Part shown: positions 1-8,987 of the stretch, piece after piece | Numbering within the stretch: position 1 is the stretch's first letter | Layout of the letters: each line of letters begins with the position of its first letter | Translations under genes and position numbers: made by a program | Assembly (NCBI GenBank): GCA_012027035.1 | Contig: VEPD01000249.1 | Coordinates: 1-35,179 of the forward strand | Direction: 5' to 3' | Length of the DNA: 35,179 nt | Source: Ruminiclostridium sp. | GTDB taxonomy: Bacteria; Bacillota; Clostridia; Acetivibrionales; DTU013 | The notes under the pieces: generated by a model | What the model saw: the letters and a program-made list of their open reading frames with translations, nothing else | Database searches by the model: none | Told to the model about the DNA's origin: nothing

Positions 1-60
1 AACTGGTAGGAAAATATTTATTAATATGATATATCGATAAATAAGAGGGGGATATTAGAA

Positions 61-936
61 TTGAAAAATGGCTTTTTTACAGCTCTGGGTACTCCGTTTG
101 ATGAAAATGGAAACTTTTTGGCAGGCAGTTTTGCCAAGCAAATTGAGGACCAGATTGATAATGGCGCGTCAGGTTTGCTTGTAATGGGCTCAATGGGTAT
201 AGAGCCATACATCAGGGATTGTGAGTATGCCAGCATAGCTAAGGCAGGCGCAGAGGCCGTAAGAGGCAGATGTCCGGTTTTTGTGGGAGTAATGGATAAT
301 TCGGTTGCAAGGGTAATAGACAGGGTAAGGGTACTGGAGGGCTTGAAAATAGACGGTGTAGTAGCAACCGTACCATATTATTATGCGGTAACACAGGAGG
401 AAGCTTGCGGATTTTTCGGAGCAATCGGAAAAAAATCGCCCTTTCCGGTATACATATATGATTTGCCCGTTGTTACAAAAACAAAAATTAGCATAAAAAC
501 GATAGAATATTTGATGTCACAGAAAAACATAAAGGGTATAAAAACAGGTGATATCGTGACAGCCAAAGTGCTTGCGGACATTACAGATCCTAAAGATGAT
601 TTTGAAATATTCTTCAGCAATCTGGATATATTTGATGTTGCTTACAAGTTTGGAATTAGGAGGAATCTGGACGGAATGTTTGCATGCACAGTGCCTTTAG
701 CTTCAAAGATGTACGCTTGTTTTGAAAGGGAAGACTACCAAAATGCCGGTAATTATCTGAACGGCATATTAATGCTCAGGGACACTCTTGTAGGAGTTGG
801 AGTCTTCGCAGGTTTTACCCATGCAATGAACCTGTTGGGATATGAGGGAATATATTCTCCTGATTATTATGTAAAGCTGGATGAAGGGAAGAAAGAGAAA
901 ATAAAAGATTGCATGCGGAAATGCGGGCTGATATAA
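61..936 (+). CDS. Dihydrodipicolinate synthase / N-acetylneuraminate lyase (DapA/NanA) family aldolase
   Basis: 291-aa ORF, TTG start after a GAGGGGG SD; family motifs TALGTPFD, LVMGSMG, Y-D-L-P and Schiff-base Lys in GIKTG. Confidence 0.85.
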   Translation: MKNGFFTALGTPFDENGNFLAGSFAKQIEDQIDNGASGLLVMGSMGIEPYIRDCEYASIAKAGAEAVRGRCPVFVGVMDNSVARVIDRVRVLEGLKIDGVVATVPYYYAVTQEEACGFFGAIGKKSPFPVYIYDLPVVTKTKISIKTIEYLMSQKNIKGIKTGDIVTAKVLADITDPKDDFEIFFSNLDIFDVAYKFGIRRNLDGMFACTVPLASKMYACFEREDYQNAGNYLNGILMLRDTLVGVGVFAGFTHAMNLLGYEGIYSPDYYVKLDEGKKEKIKDCMRKCGLI

Positions 937-998
937 AATATTTCTCTTATCTTTCAAAAAATATATAAACAAAAGTGGATTTCAAGGAGGTTGTTTTA

Positions 999-1445
999 TT
1001 GGCGCCTATAAAAGAATGGTTTGGAGTATATAACATAATTTTCAACTGGTTTGAAGAGAAATACGGGAGTCAGGCGCTGGAAGAGTATTGGAGGCATATT
1101 GCCGAAAACTGTTACCAGGATGTTATTGAACTTTTTAAAAGGAATGGTCTGGAAGGCATAAAACAGTATATGGAGGAAACCATTAGTCTTGATGATGGGG
1201 AATATGTATCAAGCCTGGAAGATTCGAAAGTTACCTTTAAAGTTAAAAAGTGCCCTGATTATAGATTTTTGAGCTCTTCTTCAAATCCTTTTTTCAAGCC
1301 CGTCAAAAGCTATTGCAAGCATCATGCGGTTATTAATTCTTTTATAGCAGAAAAAAGCGGTTTTGATTTTCACATGGAAGAATGTGATGACAGCGGAGGC
1401 TGCAAATGGGTTTTTAAAAAGCAAACAACGGAAGGGCGTGCTTGA
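999..1445 (+). CDS. Small Cys/His-motif hypothetical protein (V4R/ATC-hydrolase-like fold suspected), paralogue 1
   Basis: ORF 975..1445; AAGGAGG at 984-990 favours TTG at 999; motifs KCP...YCKHH...CKW. Confidence 0.65.
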   Translation: MAPIKEWFGVYNIIFNWFEEKYGSQALEEYWRHIAENCYQDVIELFKRNGLEGIKQYMEETISLDDGEYVSSLEDSKVTFKVKKCPDYRFLSSSSNPFFKPVKSYCKHHAVINSFIAEKSGFDFHMEECDDSGGCKWVFKKQTTEGRA

Positions 1446-1446
1446 T

Positions 1447-1908
1447 ATGACCGTACATGATTTTATAATGATTTATAATGAAAGCTTCAAATACATCGAA
1501 AACAAATATGGAACTGATGCGTTAAAGGATCTTTGGGAAACAATTTCAAAGCAGTGGTGTACCCACTTGAGAGAGCTTGTAAGTGAATATGGCCTTGAAG
1601 GAATGCTCAAGTACTGGGGTGGTGAAGACGGTACACTTGGACGTGAAAAGGCAGAGTATGAAGTAAGCCTTAAAGATGGGATATTCAAAGGGATCATGAA
1701 CGTTTGCCCGTCTGTGGGCGAGCTGAAAGAAAGGGGCAGGGACATATACCATGGCAAGCTTACATACTGCGACCACTGCACGTATTTATATGTACCGATA
1801 GCTGATGAAAACGGATACAATATGACATGGGACATTGAGTATGATATGGAAGGCGGATGTACGGGCAGGTGCAGCTGGAAATCCTGGGCCGGTGAAAACA
1901 GGGAATAA
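1447..1908 (+). CDS. Small Cys/His-motif hypothetical protein (V4R/ATC-hydrolase-like fold suspected), paralogue 2
   Basis: ORF 1363..1908; ATG at 1447 directly after the upstream stop; motifs VCP...YCDHC...CSW; N-terminus aligns by eye with the upstream ORF. Confidence 0.65.
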   Translation: MTVHDFIMIYNESFKYIENKYGTDALKDLWETISKQWCTHLRELVSEYGLEGMLKYWGGEDGTLGREKAEYEVSLKDGIFKGIMNVCPSVGELKERGRDIYHGKLTYCDHCTYLYVPIADENGYNMTWDIEYDMEGGCTGRCSWKSWAGENRE

Positions 1909-1911
1909 AAC

Positions 1912-1941
1912 TTGACAACTTATGTTTAAATCCGATATAAT
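1912..1941 (+). promoter_or_regulatory. Sigma-A-type promoter upstream of the AraC gene
   Basis: TTGACA (1912-1917), 18-nt spacer, TATAAT (1936-1941). Confidence 0.6.
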
Positions 1942-2076
1942 ATAATTAAGGAACTGGGTTACACAATAAGCAACGTCTGTGGAAATATTACTATATTCGA
2001 CATTATCATAGTTTAGGTAGCTAATACGATCATAAAATGAAAGTATTCTGATTCATAAGGTCGGGTGATTAAAATT

Positions 2077-2970
2077 ATGGTAAGTACACAATTAAAATTA
2101 AAAGAAGAATTTGAGATAAGAAACATTATCTCCGTAAATTATCTTGAACTGGCAAGGGTATTTTCGCTAAAGGGCGAAATGCATGACTTCTGGGAATTTT
2201 ATTATGTCGATAAAGGTGAAATCAGGGTTGGAATTGATGATGAAATTTATAATGTATTGCAGGGTGAAATGATTTTATGCAGACCCAATGAATTTCACAA
2301 TATATTGGCAAATGATTCATCCTCCAACATTATTATGATTGCATTTGAGTGTAAATCCAAAGCCATGGACTATCTTGATAAAAAAGTATATTGCCTTAAA
2401 AAGAATGAAGTAAATTTGATTGCAGAGATTTTCAGGAGTAGTTTTCGTGGTTCTGCAACATTCTTTCTATCATCAAATCAGATTTATTCAAGCGGTCTGG
2501 ATGGAATAGCCGATCCATTTTTTGGTTGTGAGCAATATATAAAAATCAATCTTGAACTTCTTCTCCTAACACTGGTCAACAGGAAAAACATATATAGTGA
2601 AACAGAACTTTCATCGCCTTCGAAGGAGAGAAACGAAGATAGTATAGTAGAAAGAATCATAGAATACATGCATGATAATATCAGGTTAAATCTTGTTCTT
2701 GAAGACATATGCAAGTTTTCAAACCTGGGGAAAACATATCTGGAATCAATTTTCAAGAGAAAAACAGGACTGGGTGTAATAGAATATTTTAAGAGATTGA
2801 AGATAAGTCAGGCAAAGCTATTGATAAGAAATGAAAACTATAATTTAAGTGAAATATCCGACCTTTTGGATTTCAGCAGCATCAGTTGTTTTACCAGGTA
2901 CTTCAAACAAATAGAACAAATGACGCCTTCCGAATATGCAAAGTCCATTAAGGCACGAATTAATTGTTAA
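2077..2970 (+). CDS. AraC-family transcriptional regulator with N-terminal cupin sensor domain
   Basis: ORF 2065..2970; GGGTGAT SD favours ATG 2077; HDFWE cupin motif; C-terminal double HTH ending FTRYFKQIEQMTPSEY. Confidence 0.92.
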   Translation: MVSTQLKLKEEFEIRNIISVNYLELARVFSLKGEMHDFWEFYYVDKGEIRVGIDDEIYNVLQGEMILCRPNEFHNILANDSSSNIIMIAFECKSKAMDYLDKKVYCLKKNEVNLIAEIFRSSFRGSATFFLSSNQIYSSGLDGIADPFFGCEQYIKINLELLLLTLVNRKNIYSETELSSPSKERNEDSIVERIIEYMHDNIRLNLVLEDICKFSNLGKTYLESIFKRKTGLGVIEYFKRLKISQAKLLIRNENYNLSEISDLLDFSSISCFTRYFKQIEQMTPSEYAKSIKARINC

Positions 2971-2999
2971 AAATACTGGCAAGTACATTTTTGATGAAC

Positions 3000-3028
3000 T
3001 TGACAATCTAGGATTAATTGGATATAAT
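3000..3028 (+). promoter_or_regulatory. Consensus sigma-A promoter for the transketolase operon
   Basis: TTGACA (3000-3005), 17-nt spacer, TATAAT (3023-3028): perfect consensus. Confidence 0.75.
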
Positions 3029-3169
3029 TTTATAAAAAGAAACAAGGTTACTTATAAAGAAACATATATCAATAAAAGATTTTGATGGTTTTTATCCGGA
3101 AAGTTAAGAACCGGGTTTGATAATGTATATTTTTAATATTTGTCTTTTGTGAAAGGTGTCATAATATTC

Positions 3170-5239
3170 ATGGGAAAATACAAAGAGGAAATCCGGAAAG
3201 GAAAAATAAAGCTTTTAAACATAAAGGACTCACAAATAAGGATGATTACTTTGGAGCAGGCATTTAATGCTGTTGATAAAGGTATCCATATCGGAGGATG
3301 TTTTTCTTCTACAATTCCAATGGTTTGTTTATTTTATGGGGGTATTATAAATATCGATGTTAAAAACCCCACTGAAGCCGGGCAGGATATATTTGTCCTA
3401 AGCAAAGGGCATTCGATTGCATTAATGGCGTCGATATACTGTGACCTTGGATATTTTGACAGTTCAGTGTTAAAAAAATCCCGCTCTTTCAGCAGTATTT
3501 TAAATGGTCATCCAGGACCATCATTACCGGGTGTTCATGTTTCAACAGGACCATTGGGGCAAGGGATAAGCGTGGCTGCAGGGTTTTCCCTGATAGGGAA
3601 AGCAGATTATGAATATGATGTATACTCCATTGTGGGAGATGGAGAGTTGCAGGAAGGTATTTTATGGGAACCGGTAATGTATGCGGCATATAAAAAACTT
3701 GATAATTTCTGTGTTATTATTGACAGGAACCGGGGCCAACTTGATGATGTCAAAAATAATGTGATTGACATGGGAGACATAAAAGCAAAGTTTGAAGCAT
3801 TTGGATGGAACGTCCTTGAAGTTGACGGGACACAAATAAAAACCGTATATAATGCCCTTGACAGTTTTAAAACAGGAGAGAGAAATGGACGCCCGACAGC
3901 AATAATATGCAATACATATAAGGGGTATGGCGGCTTCTCGAGTCTAATGAGCAAGCATAAGATAAATCTGACAGAGATGGTATATCATCAGGAATACAAT
4001 CTACAGAAAAACAGGTATGAAAAAAGAGTAGAAGAATTCAAAGAATGGTTTGAAAAGCAAGAAAGTGATGAATTGAAGCAAGCACTCATTGAAACAGCTA
4101 AAAAAATGAATTTTGAAATAAATATCAATGACAGGAGCATCAATATTAATTGTATAAAACCTTCAGTAAAATTAAGACCGGCAAAAATTAAAGATAAAAG
4201 AATTAACTATAAGATAGATCTATTACCAGAGATCGATAGTAACAAGGAATATTCGGCATCAGATATTATAGAAAAAGCTATGAAGGTTTTTGCCGTTGAT
4301 AAAAGAGTAGTTTCCATTGACAGTGATCTTTCATCTGCAAGCGGCCTTATGGCGGGAATATCTTCGGTTGATAGGGAAAGAGCCTTGAACGCGGGTATAG
4401 CGGAGGCTAATATGATGAGTATGGGCGAAGCTTTTGCCGTATGCGGTTATAATGTATGGGTCAGTACATTTTGTCCGTTTTTTGACTGGAAAGTGCTTAG
4501 AAGAATTGCTGTGGGATATCAGGAGAGGCTAGAAGCCATAAAAGAAAAAACGTGGCTTTCGGAAGGGCATGGATTGGATATGACTTTTCTGGCAACTGCC
4601 GCAAACCTTGACACACGTGAAAACGGTGCAACGCATATGGGAAACGACGACATAATGGTATTTGATGAAATTGCCCATTTGAAGATAATAGACGTTTCCT
4701 GTCCGAGACAGCTTCTTTCAATAATGAAATGGATAATGGGGGGAAATAAAGGGCCTGTATACCTGCGTGTAATGCGGGCTCCATCTGGCGTCCTATACGA
4801 CGGCGAATATGAATTCGATTACCAAAAAGGCTTTTATATTATGGAGAGGCAGGATGCGGAAGCAGTTGTTATTTCCAGTGGAAGAGAAGTCCATGAAGCA
4901 GTTGAGGCAGCAAATATTTTAATAGATAAAGGAATAGCAATATCCGTTGTAGACATGCCTTCGATTGATAGCAAAATGTTAAGAGAGTTATATAATAAAA
5001 CGAAAATAATGTTTTTTGCTGAACAGAATAATGGATATATTTATAAAAATTTTATAAAAATTATGTTTGCTTCAGGAAGTATGGTTGATACAGGGAGGAT
5101 CATTCCGGTTAACCTGCTTGTTGAAGGAGGAGACAGACAGTTTATCCATTCGGGTACCATGCAGGAATTAACAGATGGATATGGTTTGTCGGGACAGATG
5201 CTTGCAGCAAAGATAGAAAAAATTTTAAATGAAAGGTAA
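3170..5239 (+). CDS. tkt: Transketolase, single chain (N-terminal TPP domain fused to pyrimidine-binding/C-terminal domains)
   Basis: LSKGH, GHP, STGPLGQG, GDGELQEG TPP motif, GIAEANM, GATH, YLR; ATG 3170 after GAAAGGTG SD. Confidence 0.85.
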   Translation: MGKYKEEIRKGKIKLLNIKDSQIRMITLEQAFNAVDKGIHIGGCFSSTIPMVCLFYGGIINIDVKNPTEAGQDIFVLSKGHSIALMASIYCDLGYFDSSVLKKSRSFSSILNGHPGPSLPGVHVSTGPLGQGISVAAGFSLIGKADYEYDVYSIVGDGELQEGILWEPVMYAAYKKLDNFCVIIDRNRGQLDDVKNNVIDMGDIKAKFEAFGWNVLEVDGTQIKTVYNALDSFKTGERNGRPTAIICNTYKGYGGFSSLMSKHKINLTEMVYHQEYNLQKNRYEKRVEEFKEWFEKQESDELKQALIETAKKMNFEININDRSININCIKPSVKLRPAKIKDKRINYKIDLLPEIDSNKEYSASDIIEKAMKVFAVDKRVVSIDSDLSSASGLMAGISSVDRERALNAGIAEANMMSMGEAFAVCGYNVWVSTFCPFFDWKVLRRIAVGYQERLEAIKEKTWLSEGHGLDMTFLATAANLDTRENGATHMGNDDIMVFDEIAHLKIIDVSCPRQLLSIMKWIMGGNKGPVYLRVMRAPSGVLYDGEYEFDYQKGFYIMERQDAEAVVISSGREVHEAVEAANILIDKGIAISVVDMPSIDSKMLRELYNKTKIMFFAEQNNGYIYKNFIKIMFASGSMVDTGRIIPVNLLVEGGDRQFIHSGTMQELTDGYGLSGQMLAAKIEKILNER

Positions 5240-5257
5240 TATGAAAGGTGTAGAAAA

Positions 5258-7072
5258 GTGAAAAAAACAGGAGCGTTAATTGTTATAGACTACCTGATAA
5301 AGGAAGGCGTTCAATATGTATTCGGTATAACAGGTCATGGATGTCTTCCAATAGTAGACGCCTTAAGAATAAGGGAAAAGGAAGGAAAAATAAAATTCAT
5401 TCAGGTCAGGCAGGAGATGAGTGGTGTCCATATGGCTGACGGATATTTCAGAGTAAAGGGGAAATCTCTTGCGGTATTGACATCAATCGGCGCAGGGGCT
5501 CTAAACACTGCAATAGGCCTTGGGACGGCGTTTGTCGATTCAACATCGCTTCTTATATTGACCGGAGATACACATACCAATATGAGAGGCGTTGGAGTTT
5601 TGCAGGAAATTGAAAGGAAACATGATTCAGACTTTATCAGTTGTGTAAGGCCAATTACAAAAAGATGCTGGAGAACTGAGAATGTCAGGCAGATCCCCAA
5701 GATAATGCAAAGAGCATTCAACGCAATGACAACAGGTAGAAAAGGGCCTGTTGTCGTAAGTTTGCCCATGGATGTACAAGCGGATACAATGGAAATTGAA
5801 GAATACCCGGAATATAGTCATGATACCTACGGCGCTTTCGGATGCGGCAGCAGTGAGAATATTTTGAAGGCATATGAGATGATGAAGAAGGCAAAAAGAC
5901 CTCTTATTGTTGCCGGAGGAGGAGCATACTATTCAAAAGTATCCAGGGAACTTGTGATGCTTTCCGAAAAATGGGGAGCGGCTGTTGTCACTACTCTGGC
6001 AGGTAAAAGCGCCTTTCCGGAAAATCATCCTCTCTACGGATGGCATGGAGGTTCAAAAGGGACGGATATCGGCAATTATCTTTGCAGAACAGCAGATGTG
6101 ATATTGTCACTTGGTGTAAGATTTGCAGATGAATCAACATCCTCATATAGAAAAGGGATTACATATAATTTTCCTGATACCAAGCTAATCCAGGTCGATA
6201 TTGATCCAAGCGAGCTTGGGAAAAACTATCCGTGCAGCGTCGGGATAATCGGTGATATAAAACAGGTTATCAACCAGCTTGCAGAAGTATTTGAGAACGA
6301 TAATCATGTGGTCGATTATTTACACTCGGATTACTACAGGGATATTGAAAATAATAGGAATGTCTGGTTTAGCAAGCTTGGGAAAAACAGGGAAGTCTAG
6401 GTAGATAAACTTACAATATCGCAATTTATCGGGAAGCTGAATGAAATATATCCTGAACAAGGAATAATCGTGACTTCTTCAGGAAACAGCCAGGCACAGA
6501 TATTCCAGGAATACTGCTTCAAAATACCCGGAACGCATGTCACTACCGGTGGCTTTTCGTCCATGGGCTTTGCCATGAATGCAGCAATAGGAATTAAGCT
6601 TGCCCGGCCCGGTACCCCTGTAATGGCGGTAATCGGTGATGGCGATTTTATGATGTGTATGCAGGAAATGGCGACGATGGTGCAGTATAATATTCCTGTA
6701 GTCACGGTCGTATTGAATAATATGGGCTGGATGGCAATAAAGGATTTGCAGATAGATGCATATGGAGAGGAATATGTTTTTGGAAATGACTTTACGACTC
6801 CTGACGGCAGACCTTACTCGCCTGATTTTTCAAAAGTTGCTGAGAATTTTGGGTTGTTTTCAAAAAAGATAAGCAGTATTGATGAGATTGAAAACGCCGT
6901 ACATGAATGTATTATTTCAAACAGACCGGCACTTATAGAAGTAATGGTCAGCAGGAAATATCCGTATACCGGAGGAGAAGCTACGGGATGGTGGGATGTT
7001 CCCGTACCTGAATATATAAAAAATAAATATCAGGCTTTTACAAAAGCAAGGGATAATGAATATCTCAGGTAG
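5258..7072 (+). pseudogene. Thiamine-pyrophosphate-dependent enzyme (acetolactate synthase/IolD-like superfamily) interrupted by one in-frame TAG at 6398-6400 (pseudogene, sequence error or readthrough)
   Basis: ORFs 5258..6400 and 6470..7072 are in the same frame and joined by an open stretch (VDKLTISQFIGKL...); joined length 604 codons; FGITGHG and RQE in the first part, GDGDF...NN TPP motif only in the second part. Confidence 0.8.
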
Positions 7073-7084
7073 GAGGCTTTGAAG

Positions 7085-7711
7085 GTGAAAATTGCAGTAA
7101 TAAATGAAACAAGTGCAGGGGGCAGAAATAAGGATATCATAGAGGCATTGGAAGGATACGGGCATGAAATATTCAACCTGGGAATGAGGCAAGGGGGCGG
7201 GGATCCGGAGCTTTCATATATTGAGACAGGCCTTCTTGCAGCATTGGCATTAAACCTGGGGAAGGCGGATTTTGTTATTGGAGGCTGTGGTACCGGCCAG
7301 GGATTCCTGAATTCCGTCATGCAATATCCGAATGTTTTCTGCGGCCTTATAACAGAGCCGCTTGATGCATGGTTGTTCGCGCAGATAAACGGCGGGAACT
7401 GTATTTCACTTGCTTTGAACAAAGGGTACGGATGGGGAGGAAATATTAATCTTAAGTTTATTTTTGAAAAACTGTTTTCTGTTGAATGGGGAGAAGGCTA
7501 CCCACCCGAAAGAAAAGTACCCCAACAGCTGAGTAGAAGAGCTCTGAAAGTAATTTCTAAACAGACGCACATGGGATTTGCCTCGATATTGGAAGCAATT
7601 GACAGAGATACTGTAAGGAAAGCTTTAGGTTTTCCCGGCATAAAAGAATTTTTGGATATTGCTAATATCCAAGATATTGCATTAAAAGAAAGAATATTGT
7701 CAGTGCTATAA
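7085..7711 (+). CDS. RpiB/LacA/LacB-family sugar isomerase (long form, DhuI-like)
   Basis: ORF 7079..7711; AGGAGG 7071-7076 favours GTG 7085 (MKIAVINETS); GGCGTGQG motif; INGGNCISLALNKGYGWGG. Confidence 0.85.
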   Translation: MKIAVINETSAGGRNKDIIEALEGYGHEIFNLGMRQGGGDPELSYIETGLLAALALNLGKADFVIGGCGTGQGFLNSVMQYPNVFCGLITEPLDAWLFAQINGGNCISLALNKGYGWGGNINLKFIFEKLFSVEWGEGYPPERKVPQQLSRRALKVISKQTHMGFASILEAIDRDTVRKALGFPGIKEFLDIANIQDIALKERILSVL

Positions 7712-7730
7712 TAAAGAAAAGGTCAGTAAT

Positions 7731-7842
7731 ACTACAGCGCGAATTACATTATAATATCGGCATTTATGCGCCTTACAGAAATAATCGCGAATGCTTCAAC
7801 GCGTTATTTCTGTAAGGATAATTTGGAAATTCGCGCTGTAGT
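7731..7842. mobile_element. 112-bp MITE-like miniature inverted-repeat element
   Basis: Perfect 15-bp terminal inverted repeats ACTACAGCGCGAATT (7731-7745) / AATTCGCGCTGTAGT (7828-7842); flanking direct repeat AGTAAT (7725-7730, 7843-7848); internal perfect 14-bp inverted repeat 7771-7784 / 7804-7817. Confidence 0.65.
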
Positions 7843-7896
7843 AGTAATGAAGATTCGAATCCATATAAAAGTATGAAGAGCCGGAGGAACGAGAAT

Positions 7897-8964
7897 ATGA
7901 AAAATTTCAAGGTTGTTGTTGCAGGGTGTGGAGGCCAATCAGCCTTATGGATGCATTATGCGGTAAAAAGAAGTGACACGGAGATAGTAGGGTTGATAGA
8001 TATAAACAGGGATAGCGCTGTTAAAGCAGCTGAAAAATTTAGCTTGAGCTGCCCGGTGTTTGATAATCCGAAAGATGCAATTAAAAATACCGGTGCAAAT
8101 CTCATATTTAATCTGACTACACCTGCTGCTCACCGTGATATAATCATAACGTCCCTTGAAAGCGGCTGTGATGTTTTTACGGAAAAGCCGTTAGGAGCAA
8201 CCTGGGAGCATGTTCTGCAGATAAAAAAGGTTGTGGGGAATTCGGTAAACAGGCTCACTGTAATGCAGAACAGAAGATACCTGAAAGGAATCCGCGCATT
8301 AAGGGATATTTTTAATTCCGGTATGATCGGGGATATAACTTTTCTGGGAGTGGACTTCTTTTTGTATCCGTTAGGCGATGATCACTGGTACGGTTATAGG
8401 ACAAAAATCAACCATCCGTTGATAACCGATATGGCAATCCATACGTTTGATATGGGCAGGTTCCTGTTGAATAATGCGGATCCGGTTTCAGTATATTGCC
8501 ATGAATTTCAGCCGAAAGCATCGCTTTATAAAGGAAATGCAGGTGCGGTTTGCATTTTTGAAATGTCTGATCATTCTGTTTTTACATATCAGGGAAACTG
8601 GTGCGCCGAGGGATGCCGAACTGAATGGGAAGGAATGTGGAGAGCTACCGGAGTAAAGGGTTCGGCTGTCTGGGATGGAATTGGGAAGCCGTATTTCGAA
8701 ATTCCAATGCCTGAAAATGAAAAAAATTGCGGGTACAAATCCGACAGATATAAAAGGATTGTTGCCGACTATAACTGGCCTGTTTCAGGTGGGGGAGACC
8801 CGGAACCCATAGAAGCGTGTCTGGAGGAAATGTATACCTCGCTTATCGAAGGTAAAAAGTCTGAAACAGATTGGAGCGATAACATTAAGTCTATGGCAAT
8901 GGTTTGTGCAGCTGTAAAAAGTGCAGAAGAAAAGAGAAAAGTATATATTGATGAATTATTATAA
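7897..8964 (+). CDS. Gfo/Idh/MocA-family oxidoreductase
   Basis: ORF 7873..8964; GGAGG SD favours ATG 7897; AGCGG Rossmann start, TEKP, QNRRY, DMAIHTFD. Confidence 0.9.
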   Translation: MKNFKVVVAGCGGQSALWMHYAVKRSDTEIVGLIDINRDSAVKAAEKFSLSCPVFDNPKDAIKNTGANLIFNLTTPAAHRDIIITSLESGCDVFTEKPLGATWEHVLQIKKVVGNSVNRLTVMQNRRYLKGIRALRDIFNSGMIGDITFLGVDFFLYPLGDDHWYGYRTKINHPLITDMAIHTFDMGRFLLNNADPVSVYCHEFQPKASLYKGNAGAVCIFEMSDHSVFTYQGNWCAEGCRTEWEGMWRATGVKGSAVWDGIGKPYFEIPMPENEKNCGYKSDRYKRIVADYNWPVSGGGDPEPIEACLEEMYTSLIEGKKSETDWSDNIKSMAMVCAAVKSAEEKRKVYIDELL

Positions 8965-8987
8965 AACTGATTTTGAGGGGGCTAATT

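Noticed and set aside
1946..3120. Similar short strings TTAAGGAACTGGGTT (1946) and TTAAGAACCGGGTT (3104) downstream of two promoters
   Set aside because: Too short and degenerate, at different offsets; not distinguishable from chance
6401..6470. PYLIS-like stem-loop downstream of the in-frame TAGs
   Set aside because: No convincing hairpin or shared sequence seen after either TAG beyond the next base G
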